Positions 27,825 to 35,773 of a DNA stretch of 37,044 nt are shown piece by piece (the first letter of the stretch is position 1; the number at the start of each line of letters is the position of its first letter). The DNA comes from Anaerolineae bacterium. Its GTDB lineage: Bacteria > Chloroflexota > Anaerolineae > J036 > Brachytrichaceae. The notes under the pieces were generated by a model. It worked only from the letters and a program-made list of their open reading frames with translations, did no database searches and was not told where the DNA came from. The translations under genes and the position numbers were made by a program. The stretch lies in contig JBKJQK010000042.1 of assembly GCA_046594095.1 (NCBI GenBank), forward strand, positions 1 to 37,044. Direction: 5' to 3'.

Positions 27825-27950
27825 GATCGTGGTGACCTTAGCACGCTTTGGGCCGCGAGATGGACGCCCGGTCCCGCCGGGTTTTTCTCCTGGCTGACCT
27901 TCGCGTGATAACATCGCCTTTCAGCTATTTTCGGCCCGTTTTACACGTGT

Positions 27951-30900
27951 ATGGATGAAGCAAACACACCAGCCGGCACGTCTGGCGAGGCCAGCCCGTC
28001 GCCGGAGCCCGCGCGCAAGCGCTCGCTATTCGGCATTTCGATCCGCGTGAAACGGGCGGCTCCTCCCGTTGAACCGGCTGAGACACCCGAAAGCGTCGCG
28101 CCGGTTCCGCCTGAACCCGTGATCGGTCCTGCGGTTGAGATTGCGCTCCCTACCGCCACCATCGTCGAAGTGCCCCTTGAGGTCGGGGCCGAAGCCGCCC
28201 CCATAGTCGAAGTGCCCCTTGAGGTCGGGGCCGAAGCCGCCCCCATCGTCGATGTGCCCGCGGAGGTCGAGGCCGAAGTCGCGCCCATCGTCGAAATGCC
28301 CGCGGAGGTCGAGGCCGAAGTCGCCCCCACCGTCGATGTGCCCCTTGAGGTCGAGACCGAAGCCGCCTCCATCGTCGAAATGCCCGCAGAAGTTGGGGCC
28401 GGGGCTATCTCCATCGTGGAGATCATCGAGATGATTGAACCGCTAGCCCCCCACCTCCTCGATGCCTCCGCCATCATCGAAACCCCCATGGCGCCCGTTT
28501 TCGAAGTGCCTGCCGCCGTCATCGAACCACCCGCGGCGCCGCGCATCCGATTCCGGCTCCGGCCGGTTTGGACTTCCGCCGGCGTCCCCTCTGGCCGGGC
28601 CGGCCTGCGCTCGCGAGCCGCCTGGCTTAACAAGGACCGCCTGTCCTCGCTCCTCCTCATCCTGGCCATCATCATCGGCGGCGCGCTGCGATTCGCCGAC
28701 TTGAACTGGGACGACGGCAAGGGCTATCACCCCGACGAGCGCTTCATCACCGGGGTGACGACTGCCCTGAAATTCCCCGACACCCTGAAGCAGTTCATCG
28801 ATCCGCGCCTGTCGCCCTTCAACCCGTACAACGACGAGCGCAAACAGCCGCGCAACTTCGCATATGGGTCCTTCCCGTTGTACGCGACCAAGACCACCCA
28901 GCAGATCCTGAGCGCGTTCGACAAGAAGATCCTGGACTACGACCGGACCGCCGTGGTCGGCCGGGCGCTCTCGGCCCTGTTTGACACAGGCGCGATCCTG
29001 TTTGTTTTCCTGCTCGCCCGGCGCCTGTTCAATCGAAACGCCGCCCTGATCGGCGCGTTCCTGTACGCCCTGACCGTGCTGAGCATCCAGCACGCCCATT
29101 TCTACACCAGCGACATCACGCTGAACTTCTTCATCCTTCTGACCGCCTACGCGGCCACCGACATCGTGCGCAAGGGCGATTTGCGCAGCGGCGCGCTCAC
29201 CGGCGCGGCGGCGGCGCTCGCGATCGCCTGCAAGGTTGCCGCCGCCCCGCTCCTGCTGCTCATCCCGGTCACGCTGTTTTTGCGTTGGCGCGGGGTGAGC
29301 CTGCGCCTCGATGATCCGCCCTCGCCCAGGGTGGATGGGGAGCGCATCCTGGGTGTTGCCGCGATCGCCATTCTGGCTTTCCTGGGCGTCACCTTTATCG
29401 CCCAACCCTACGCGATTCTGGATGCGGCCTCGCTGTTCCGCAGCATCGAAGAGCAGAACAACATCATCGTCACCGGCGAGGCCGATCTGCCCTATATCCG
29501 GCAGTACTTCGGGACGGCCCCTTACGCCTACTTCCTGCAGCAACTTGCGGTATGGGGAATGGGTCTGCCCTACGGGATCTTCGCCCTGGCCGGGAGCCTG
29601 TTCCTGGTCTACCTCGCCTTTCGCAAGCGCTCCGTCGGCGCGGTCCTGCTGCTGGCCTGGCTGATCCCCTATTTCGCGATCTCCGGCCGTTTTCAGGCCA
29701 AGTTCCTGCGCTACATGCTGCCGCTGCTGCCGTTCCTGGCGATCGCGGCAGCGGTGCTGGCCGATCACGCCCGCGGCTGGTTGGCCAGGCTGGCCAAACG
29801 CCTCTCCCTCCCCGACGAGGGCGGCCTGAGCGTCGCGCTGCGTTATAGCGTGCCCGCCCTTCTCGTTGGGCTTACCGCCCTGTACGCCGTGGCCTTTGCG
29901 AACATCTACACCGAGCCGCATACGGCCAATCAAGCCTCAAAGTGGATCAACGCGAATGTCCCGGGCGGGTCGGCGATCACCCGCGAACACTGGGAAGAGG
30001 GCATTGCCGGCCTCAACCAGAGCTATCGCCAGCCCCCGGCCGTGCCCGAGCTGCCAATGTACGAGGTCGACAACGCCCAGAAGGGCGATCTGCTCTCGCG
30101 CGCCCTGACCCAGAGCGATTACATCGTCTTCTTCTCCAACCGGCTGTATGGCACGGTGGGCCGGCTTGTCCAACGCTATCCGCTCAGCCACGAGTACTAC
30201 CGGCTGCTGTTCAGCGGCGAGCTCGGCTATGAGCTGGCCTATTACGCCGACGCGCCGGTCCAGTTTGGGCCGGTCGCCCTGTACGAAGACACCTTTGGCC
30301 GGCCGGGGTTGCCGCGGCCTGGGGCGCTGGCTGACTATCGCCCGGCCCCGCTGACGCTCAATCTGGGCTTTGCCGACGAGAGCTTCTCGGCCTATGACCA
30401 TCCCCTGGTCATGGTTTTCAAGAAGACCCGTCCCATCACCGCCGAGGCCGTCAGCGCAGCCCTGCGCCCCTTCGCGCCCGCGGCCCAGGCCGCGTCGGCG
30501 ACCCGGGCCCAATCGCTCCTGACCGAAGCGCAGACGGCAGAAAATGAGTCGGGTGGCACGTTCGCGGATCTGTTCAATCCCAACGCCCTGCCCAATCAGG
30601 CGCCCCTGCTCGTCTGGTTTGTATTGATGTTGGTGCTGAGTTTGGCCATGCTGCCCGTCACCGCCCTGATCTTCCGGCGCCTGGCCGATCGCGGCTACGC
30701 CTTCGGGCGGGCTTTGGGGATGGTTCTGCTTTCCTGGCTGGTCTGGTTCCCGGTCAGCCTGCGCCTTCTCGAAAGCACCCGCCTGGCCGCTTTTGGGGCG
30801 CTGCTCGCGATGGTGATCGGCGGGGCCATCCTGTGGCGGCTCCATGCCGCAGAACTGACGAAGTTCATTCGTGAACGCTGGCGCGTGCTCCTGACCGAAG

Positions 30901-33329
30901 AGCTGATCTTCTGGATCGTGTTCGGGCTGTTTGTGTTTGTGCGGGCCTCGAATCCCGACCTGTGGCATCCCGCCCGCGGGGGCGAGAAGCCGATGGACTT
31001 TGCGTATCTGCTGGCGGCCATCAAGACCACGACCCTTCCGCCGTATGACCCATGGTTCGCCGGCGGTTACATCAACTATTACTACTATGGCCAGTTCATG
31101 CTGGCGGTGCTGATCAAACTGAGCGGCATCCTGCCTGAGATGGCCTACAACCTGGTTGTGCCGATGCTGTTCGCGATGACGGCGGCGGGCATGTGGGGTT
31201 TGTCTTACAACGTTGTGTCGGCGATCCGCGGCGATGCGGGCGCGCGCGGCCGGCTGCCCTCGCCCGCCCTGGGGGCGACCCTGTCGATGCTGTTCATGTC
31301 CGCCTTCGGCAACCTCGATGGCGGGCTGATCCTGTTTCGGCGCTTCATCGTTCTGGGAGGCGGGACGGATGCGCCGCTGGGCGTCTTGTTGACCAGCCTC
31401 AACGACATTCCGCGCCTGTTCAATGGCCTGCTCAAGGGCATCCAGGGTGGGCAGAAAGTGATGCAGCTTCCGATCGACTGGTTCTGGGCGCCCACCCGGG
31501 TGTATCCGCCCTCCGCATCGATCCAGGAGTTCCCGTTCTTCACCTTCCTGTTCTCGGACCTGCACGCGCACATGATCGCAATGCCGATCGCTATTGTTGC
31601 CCTGGGCTTCGGGCTGGCCCTGGCGATGGGGCGGCCCCTTGGGGCAGCCGCGCCGGCTGCCAGTAGCGATACGCCGTTGCGGCGCGCATGGGCGCGTCTC
31701 CGGCCATGGCTGCTGCCCGCCGTCACGGTCCTGCTGGCCGGGCTGGTGTTGGGCGCGATCGGGCCGACCAACTCATGGAACTACCCGACCTACATCCTGG
31801 TCACCCTCGGCGCGGCGCTGTTTGGCTGGTGGTCGGCGGAAAATCCGCTTGAGGCGCGCCGGGCCGGCCGCGGAGCGGCCACACTACCCGCGCTTGGCCA
31901 GGCCCTCTTTGTTGGCGGAGCGATTTGCGCGCTGAGTTACGTGGCCTATGCGCCCTTCCACGGCGCCCTTCAGCGGGCCGACCTGGGATTCGAGGCTCAG
32001 CCTGAGCGCACGCCGTTTAACCTGTTCCTGCTCGTTCAGGGCTTCTTCCTATTTGTCGTCCTGAGCTGGCTGGCGGTCGAAGCCCGGCGCTGGTTTGGGG
32101 CGAACGTCACAACTCGGATGCGCACTGCCCCGGCCGGGCGCCAGATCTCGGCCTTCGACGCGCTTGGGGCGGCGATGGCCGAATCAGGCATCACCTTCAA
32201 CCGGATCATCGGAACGCTGCTGCTCCTGGTTGCGCTGGCGTTGCTGCTGCTGGCCCTTGGCTGGGGCCCGGTTGCGGTCTTCTCGACGTTGTGCGCGATC
32301 CCCGTCGTCACCCTGGCCCTCACCCGCCGGCCCGGCGCCCAGGGGTTCACCCTGCTCTGCGCGGGACTGGGTCTGGTGCTGTGCGCGGCGGTCGAAGTCT
32401 GGGTGCTCAAGGGCGATGTCGGGCGGATGAACACGGTGTTCAAGTATTACCTCGACGTCTGGACGCTGTTCTCACTGGCCGCCGGGGTGGGGCTGGCGAC
32501 GATGATCAGCGGGCTGTATGGCGGCAGACTCCAGCGCGCCCCGCGAATTCGGATTGAGTTGACCCGCTCGTGGCGCCTCGGTATCGTGGCGGACGGCTGG
32601 CTTGCCCAGACCCGGCCAGACCCGGCCGAGGCGGCGGGGGTCGACGAGATGGTTGCGGCTTCTGACGCCAGCGCGCCCGAGCGCGGCGCGCAGTCTCGCC
32701 CCGGCGTGACGGGCATCGTCTGGACGGCCGCCCTGGCCCTGCTCGGGATAACGGCCGCGGTCTATCCGTTTTTTGCGTTACCGGGCCGGCTGATCGACCG
32801 GTTTGACACCAAGATCGCCCCGACCCTGGATGGCATGAAATACATGGAAACCGCCCGGTTGCCGGTCGAGACCCAGCGCGACGGGCGGCGCTTCAGCGCC
32901 GAGCTCAAGCTTTCGGACGACCTGGCCGCGATCCGCTGGTTGCGCGAGAACATCGTGGGCTCGCCTTTGGTGCTCGAAGCGACCTCGGCCGCCGACCCGC
33001 ACCCGCGCCTGTATGGTTGGGGAAACCGGGTGGCCATCTATACCGGGCTTCCGACGATCATCGGGTGGGACAACCATCAGCGCCAGCAGCGCAACGGCAC
33101 GCCCCTCATCGAGCAACGCACCGGCGACGTTCTGAAGATTTACGCCACCGCGAATGCGGACGAGACGCAGCGCCTGCTGCAGCAGTACCGCGTTGATTTC
33201 ATTTACTACGGCGGCTTGGAGAAGTTTCACTATCCGGCCGGAGAGGCCAAGTTCGCCGACCTGGCGGCCCGCGGCGCGTTGACGCCGGTGTATAACCAGC
33301 AAAACACACTCATTTACAAGGTGAACTGA
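27951..33329 (+). CDS. 1,792-aa polytopic membrane protein: acidic tandem-repeat N-terminus + GT-C-like glycosyltransferase module + DUF2298 / Chlor_Arch_YYY module
   Basis: Uninterrupted ORF. Residues 71-166 are 14-aa repeats. From about residue 230 there are many TM helices, with GYHPDERF in the first loop, and a soluble segment at ~650-830 (ADESFSAYDHPLVMVFKK). The second TM-rich half carries GGEKPMDFAYLLAAIKTTTLPPYDPWFAGGYINYYYYGQF (YYYY at 31077-31088), the hallmark of TIGR03662/PF10060 as I recall it. Confidence 0.85.
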   Translation: MDEANTPAGTSGEASPSPEPARKRSLFGISIRVKRAAPPVEPAETPESVAPVPPEPVIGPAVEIALPTATIVEVPLEVGAEAAPIVEVPLEVGAEAAPIVDVPAEVEAEVAPIVEMPAEVEAEVAPTVDVPLEVETEAASIVEMPAEVGAGAISIVEIIEMIEPLAPHLLDASAIIETPMAPVFEVPAAVIEPPAAPRIRFRLRPVWTSAGVPSGRAGLRSRAAWLNKDRLSSLLLILAIIIGGALRFADLNWDDGKGYHPDERFITGVTTALKFPDTLKQFIDPRLSPFNPYNDERKQPRNFAYGSFPLYATKTTQQILSAFDKKILDYDRTAVVGRALSALFDTGAILFVFLLARRLFNRNAALIGAFLYALTVLSIQHAHFYTSDITLNFFILLTAYAATDIVRKGDLRSGALTGAAAALAIACKVAAAPLLLLIPVTLFLRWRGVSLRLDDPPSPRVDGERILGVAAIAILAFLGVTFIAQPYAILDAASLFRSIEEQNNIIVTGEADLPYIRQYFGTAPYAYFLQQLAVWGMGLPYGIFALAGSLFLVYLAFRKRSVGAVLLLAWLIPYFAISGRFQAKFLRYMLPLLPFLAIAAAVLADHARGWLARLAKRLSLPDEGGLSVALRYSVPALLVGLTALYAVAFANIYTEPHTANQASKWINANVPGGSAITREHWEEGIAGLNQSYRQPPAVPELPMYEVDNAQKGDLLSRALTQSDYIVFFSNRLYGTVGRLVQRYPLSHEYYRLLFSGELGYELAYYADAPVQFGPVALYEDTFGRPGLPRPGALADYRPAPLTLNLGFADESFSAYDHPLVMVFKKTRPITAEAVSAALRPFAPAAQAASATRAQSLLTEAQTAENESGGTFADLFNPNALPNQAPLLVWFVLMLVLSLAMLPVTALIFRRLADRGYAFGRALGMVLLSWLVWFPVSLRLLESTRLAAFGALLAMVIGGAILWRLHAAELTKFIRERWRVLLTEELIFWIVFGLFVFVRASNPDLWHPARGGEKPMDFAYLLAAIKTTTLPPYDPWFAGGYINYYYYGQFMLAVLIKLSGILPEMAYNLVVPMLFAMTAAGMWGLSYNVVSAIRGDAGARGRLPSPALGATLSMLFMSAFGNLDGGLILFRRFIVLGGGTDAPLGVLLTSLNDIPRLFNGLLKGIQGGQKVMQLPIDWFWAPTRVYPPSASIQEFPFFTFLFSDLHAHMIAMPIAIVALGFGLALAMGRPLGAAAPAASSDTPLRRAWARLRPWLLPAVTVLLAGLVLGAIGPTNSWNYPTYILVTLGAALFGWWSAENPLEARRAGRGAATLPALGQALFVGGAICALSYVAYAPFHGALQRADLGFEAQPERTPFNLFLLVQGFFLFVVLSWLAVEARRWFGANVTTRMRTAPAGRQISAFDALGAAMAESGITFNRIIGTLLLLVALALLLLALGWGPVAVFSTLCAIPVVTLALTRRPGAQGFTLLCAGLGLVLCAAVEVWVLKGDVGRMNTVFKYYLDVWTLFSLAAGVGLATMISGLYGGRLQRAPRIRIELTRSWRLGIVADGWLAQTRPDPAEAAGVDEMVAASDASAPERGAQSRPGVTGIVWTAALALLGITAAVYPFFALPGRLIDRFDTKIAPTLDGMKYMETARLPVETQRDGRRFSAELKLSDDLAAIRWLRENIVGSPLVLEATSAADPHPRLYGWGNRVAIYTGLPTIIGWDNHQRQQRNGTPLIEQRTGDVLKIYATANADETQRLLQQYRVDFIYYGGLEKFHYPAGEAKFADLAARGALTPVYNQQNTLIYKVN
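28161..28440 (+). repeat. About 6.5 tandem copies of a 42-bp coding repeat (14-aa unit IVEVPLEVGAEAAP)
   Basis: Copies start at 28161, 28203, 28245, 28287, 28329, 28371 and 28413 (degenerate). Copies 1 and 2 differ by a single base. Units are in frame with the giant ORF. Confidence 0.9.
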
Positions 33330-33345
33330 AAGGTTCGATGCGCTC

Positions 33346-34068
33346 TTGAACATTCTGATCTTCATCCCGACCTACGAGGAGCGCGAGAATGTCGAAAAGA
33401 TGGCGGCGGATCTGCAGGCGCTGCATTTTCCCAAGGACATCCTGTTCATGGACGACGCCTCGCCCGACGGGACGGGCGAGGCCCTCGACGCGCTGGCGCG
33501 CCAACACGCCAACATCCAGGTGCTTCATCGGCCAGGCAAGCTCGGCATCGGCAGCGCGCATGTCGCCGGGCTGGCCTGGGCGCGCGAGCATGGCTACACC
33601 CGGGTGGTCACGATGGACTGCGACTTCACGCACGCGCCGGACAAGATACAGGAGATGATCGCCTTCGCCGACGACTATGACGTCGTGGTTGGATCGCGCT
33701 ACATGCATGATCATGGTCTCAGCGAATGGAATTGGCGCCGGAAGTTTCTCACCCGGACCGGGCACTTTGCGACGCGATATTTGCTGGGGATGCCCTACGA
33801 CGCGACGGGCGCATTCCGCCTGTACCGCCTGGATCGTATTCCGCATTCCGCCTTCGTGAAGGCGAACGCGTCCGGGTACTCGTTCTTCTTCCAAAGCCTG
33901 TACATCCTCCATCGCAATGGCCTGCGGATCAAGGAAATACCGATCGAGTTGCCGGCCCGGATGTACGGGCACTCCAAGATGGTCTTCGGGGAGGTTTTGC
34001 GCAGCCTCCAGCACCTGGGCCGGTCATTCGTGACCCGGGTATTTAATCCCAAGGCCTTCGAGCTGTAG
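33346..34068 (+). CDS. GT2 polyprenyl-phosphate sugar synthase (Dpm1/Ppm1-like polyprenol monophosphomannose synthase family)
   Basis: ILIFIPTYEERENV, FMDDASPDGT, VVTMDCDFTHAP (DxD-type), VVVGSRY. 240 aa, soluble-type. The only possible start in the open frame is TTG 33346. Confidence 0.8.
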   Translation: MNILIFIPTYEERENVEKMAADLQALHFPKDILFMDDASPDGTGEALDALARQHANIQVLHRPGKLGIGSAHVAGLAWAREHGYTRVVTMDCDFTHAPDKIQEMIAFADDYDVVVGSRYMHDHGLSEWNWRRKFLTRTGHFATRYLLGMPYDATGAFRLYRLDRIPHSAFVKANASGYSFFFQSLYILHRNGLRIKEIPIELPARMYGHSKMVFGEVLRSLQHLGRSFVTRVFNPKAFEL

Positions 34069-34089
34069 CGTCGGGCGGCGGGGCGCAAA

Positions 34090-34177
34090 TGACCGACCGG
34101 ACTACTGACCGACCGGACTACTGACCGACCGGTCTACCGACCGACCGGTCTACCGACCGACCGGTCTACTGACCGAC
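34090..34177. repeat. 5.5 tandem copies of a 16-nt unit (TGACCGACCGGACTAC / CGACCGACCGGTCTAC)
   Basis: Units at 34090, 34106, 34122, 34138 and 34154, plus a partial unit at 34170-34177. The array lies between convergent genes and overlaps the last 4 codons (including the stop) of the minus-strand GT2-MT gene. Confidence 0.9.
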
Positions 34178-35665
34178 TGCGACCGCCACCAGGTTCAACC
34201 CGGGCCAGGGAAGCGCGCTGTCGATGCGGCGGATCGTCGGCATGATGATTTCGAGCAACTTGAGCTGCGAGGGCGTGTAGGCCCGCTGTTTAAACAAGCG
34301 CCCGTTGGACCACCAGCCCAGCGTCGACGCCCGGTTGAAGTCAAACATCGACTCGGCCCGCAGGCCGGCCGCCTCGAGGGTCGTCCGGAGCGTCTCGCGG
34401 GTATATCGCCGCCGGTAACCCAGCGCTTCATCGATCGTTCCCCGGATTCCGGGCTGCTGGGCGGTCAGGATGATGATCCGCCCGCCGGGCATGAGTGCCC
34501 GGCTCGCATTGCGCAGCACAGCGACGGGGTCCTCGGCCCGTTCGAGCGCGCTCACCAGCACCACGGTATCAAATTGGCCAACCAGCGGGTCGAAATCAGC
34601 CGGGTGGGTCGGGTCAACCTTGAGCACCCGCAAATACGGCTTGCCGAGCGAGTAGCCGGCCAGATAGTCGAGCTGGGTCGGATTCGTCTCAGTGGCGACA
34701 TACAGGTCGCGCGGGATGAACTGGCTGGTCAGGCTGCCTGCGCCCGCGCCGATTTCGAGCACCCGGTCGCCCAGCAGGGGGCGGAGGGTGCTGCCCAGCC
34801 ACTGGTTGAAACGCCGGGCGTTTTGCAGGTTGCGAACCATCCCGGCCCCGACTTCATCCTCACGGTACAGATCATCGATGATGGAGTAGGTGACCATTGC
34901 CCGGAGGGCCAGGACGCCGTCCCTGGCCCGGATCTTCTTGCCTTCTTCGAAGCTGCGGGGAAGATAGCGGATCGGCACCTCGAAGATGCGGGCCCGGCGC
35001 TTGGCCAGCTTGAGGGTGATCTCGATCTCGAACCTGAAGTCGTTCGAGCGCAAGGGCAGTGACTTGAGCAGGCGGGTGTTGATCGCCTTGTAGCAGGTCT
35101 CGACATCGGTCAGATCGAGGTCGGTGATCCAATTAGTCAACCCGGTGATGAAGCGGTTGATCAGGGTATGGCGGAACATCAGCGCCCGGCGGTACTGGGC
35201 GGAGATATAGCGCGAGCCAAAGACCGCGTCGGCGCCCTCCTCGATGAAGGGCTCGAGGATGGCCGGAATATCGGCCGGGTTGTACTCCATGTCCGCGTCG
35301 TGGACGATGCACACATCCCCGGTCGCATACTGGAGGGCGGTCCTGAGGGCGGCGCCTTTGCCCTGGTTGCGCTCGTGGCGGATCAGTTTGATCCGATCGT
35401 CCGTGGTGGCCAGCCGCTGGAGAACTTCCCAGGTGCCGTCCTTGCTGCGGTCATCGACGATGATGACCTCGAGGCGCGAAATCCGCTCGCTGCGCAGGGC
35501 CAGCACCCGGTTCACGCTGGCGGTGACGAGGTGCCGCTCGTTGTAGACCGGGATCATGACGCTCAAGGCGAGGGCATGCGGCCGGCGCTGCTCGGAGGTG
35601 GGCAGGGCGGTCAGCAGTTCGAGCGGTTGCGGGCGTTCGGCGGCAGCCGTTTCAGCGCGAAGCAT
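34166..35665 (-). CDS. Bifunctional GT2 glycosyltransferase / class I SAM-dependent methyltransferase fusion (499 aa)
   Basis: N-terminal GT2 motifs: LSVMIPVYNE, IIVDDRSKDGT, CIVHDADMEYNP, VFGSRY. C-terminal methyltransferase motif I VLEIGAGAGSLT and post-II LMPGGRIIIL. Confidence 0.85.
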   Translation of the reverse strand: MLRAETAAAERPQPLELLTALPTSEQRRPHALALSVMIPVYNERHLVTASVNRVLALRSERISRLEVIIVDDRSKDGTWEVLQRLATTDDRIKLIRHERNQGKGAALRTALQYATGDVCIVHDADMEYNPADIPAILEPFIEEGADAVFGSRYISAQYRRALMFRHTLINRFITGLTNWITDLDLTDVETCYKAINTRLLKSLPLRSNDFRFEIEITLKLAKRRARIFEVPIRYLPRSFEEGKKIRARDGVLALRAMVTYSIIDDLYREDEVGAGMVRNLQNARRFNQWLGSTLRPLLGDRVLEIGAGAGSLTSQFIPRDLYVATETNPTQLDYLAGYSLGKPYLRVLKVDPTHPADFDPLVGQFDTVVLVSALERAEDPVAVLRNASRALMPGGRIIILTAQQPGIRGTIDEALGYRRRYTRETLRTTLEAAGLRAESMFDFNRASTLGWWSNGRLFKQRAYTPSQLKLLEIIMPTIRRIDSALPWPGLNLVAVAVGQ

Positions 35666-35773
35666 CGGAGACGTATTCTATCGCCCCAGGCGGACGGCCG
35701 AGGTCGCGGACGGACGTTGCCGGATGCCACCCGCGCCATGGCCAGGGCAGTCAGACCGCCGTTTTCGCGTCCG

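Noticed and set aside
27825-27950. Promoter motifs in the GT1 / giant-gene divergent spacer (e.g. GTGATA-N16-TATTTT)
   Set aside because: The hexamer matches are only 4/6 each, with no supporting palindrome or conservation evidence. This is too weak to report as a feature.
27941-28720. 259-aa minus-strand ORF with striking S/T/A/G-rich repeats (TSASTSAGISTMGA...), resembling a repeat surface protein
   Set aside because: It is the reverse-complement reading of the 42-bp tandem repeat. The plus-strand reading is continuous with a 1,792-aa ORF and has the stronger codon bias, so the minus ORF is a mirror artefact.
28443-31571. Two long minus-strand ORFs (496 and 544 aa) inside the giant gene
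   Set aside because: These are Q/R/G/D/E/P-rich translations antisense to a hydrophobic TM-rich ORF whose motifs (YYYxG block, GT-C loop) are meaningful. They are GC artefacts.
34090-34177. Possible CRISPR array or coding repeat
   Set aside because: The units are directly abutting with no spacers and are only 16 nt long, so this is not CRISPR. A 16-nt unit is not a multiple of 3, so it cannot be a peptide repeat.
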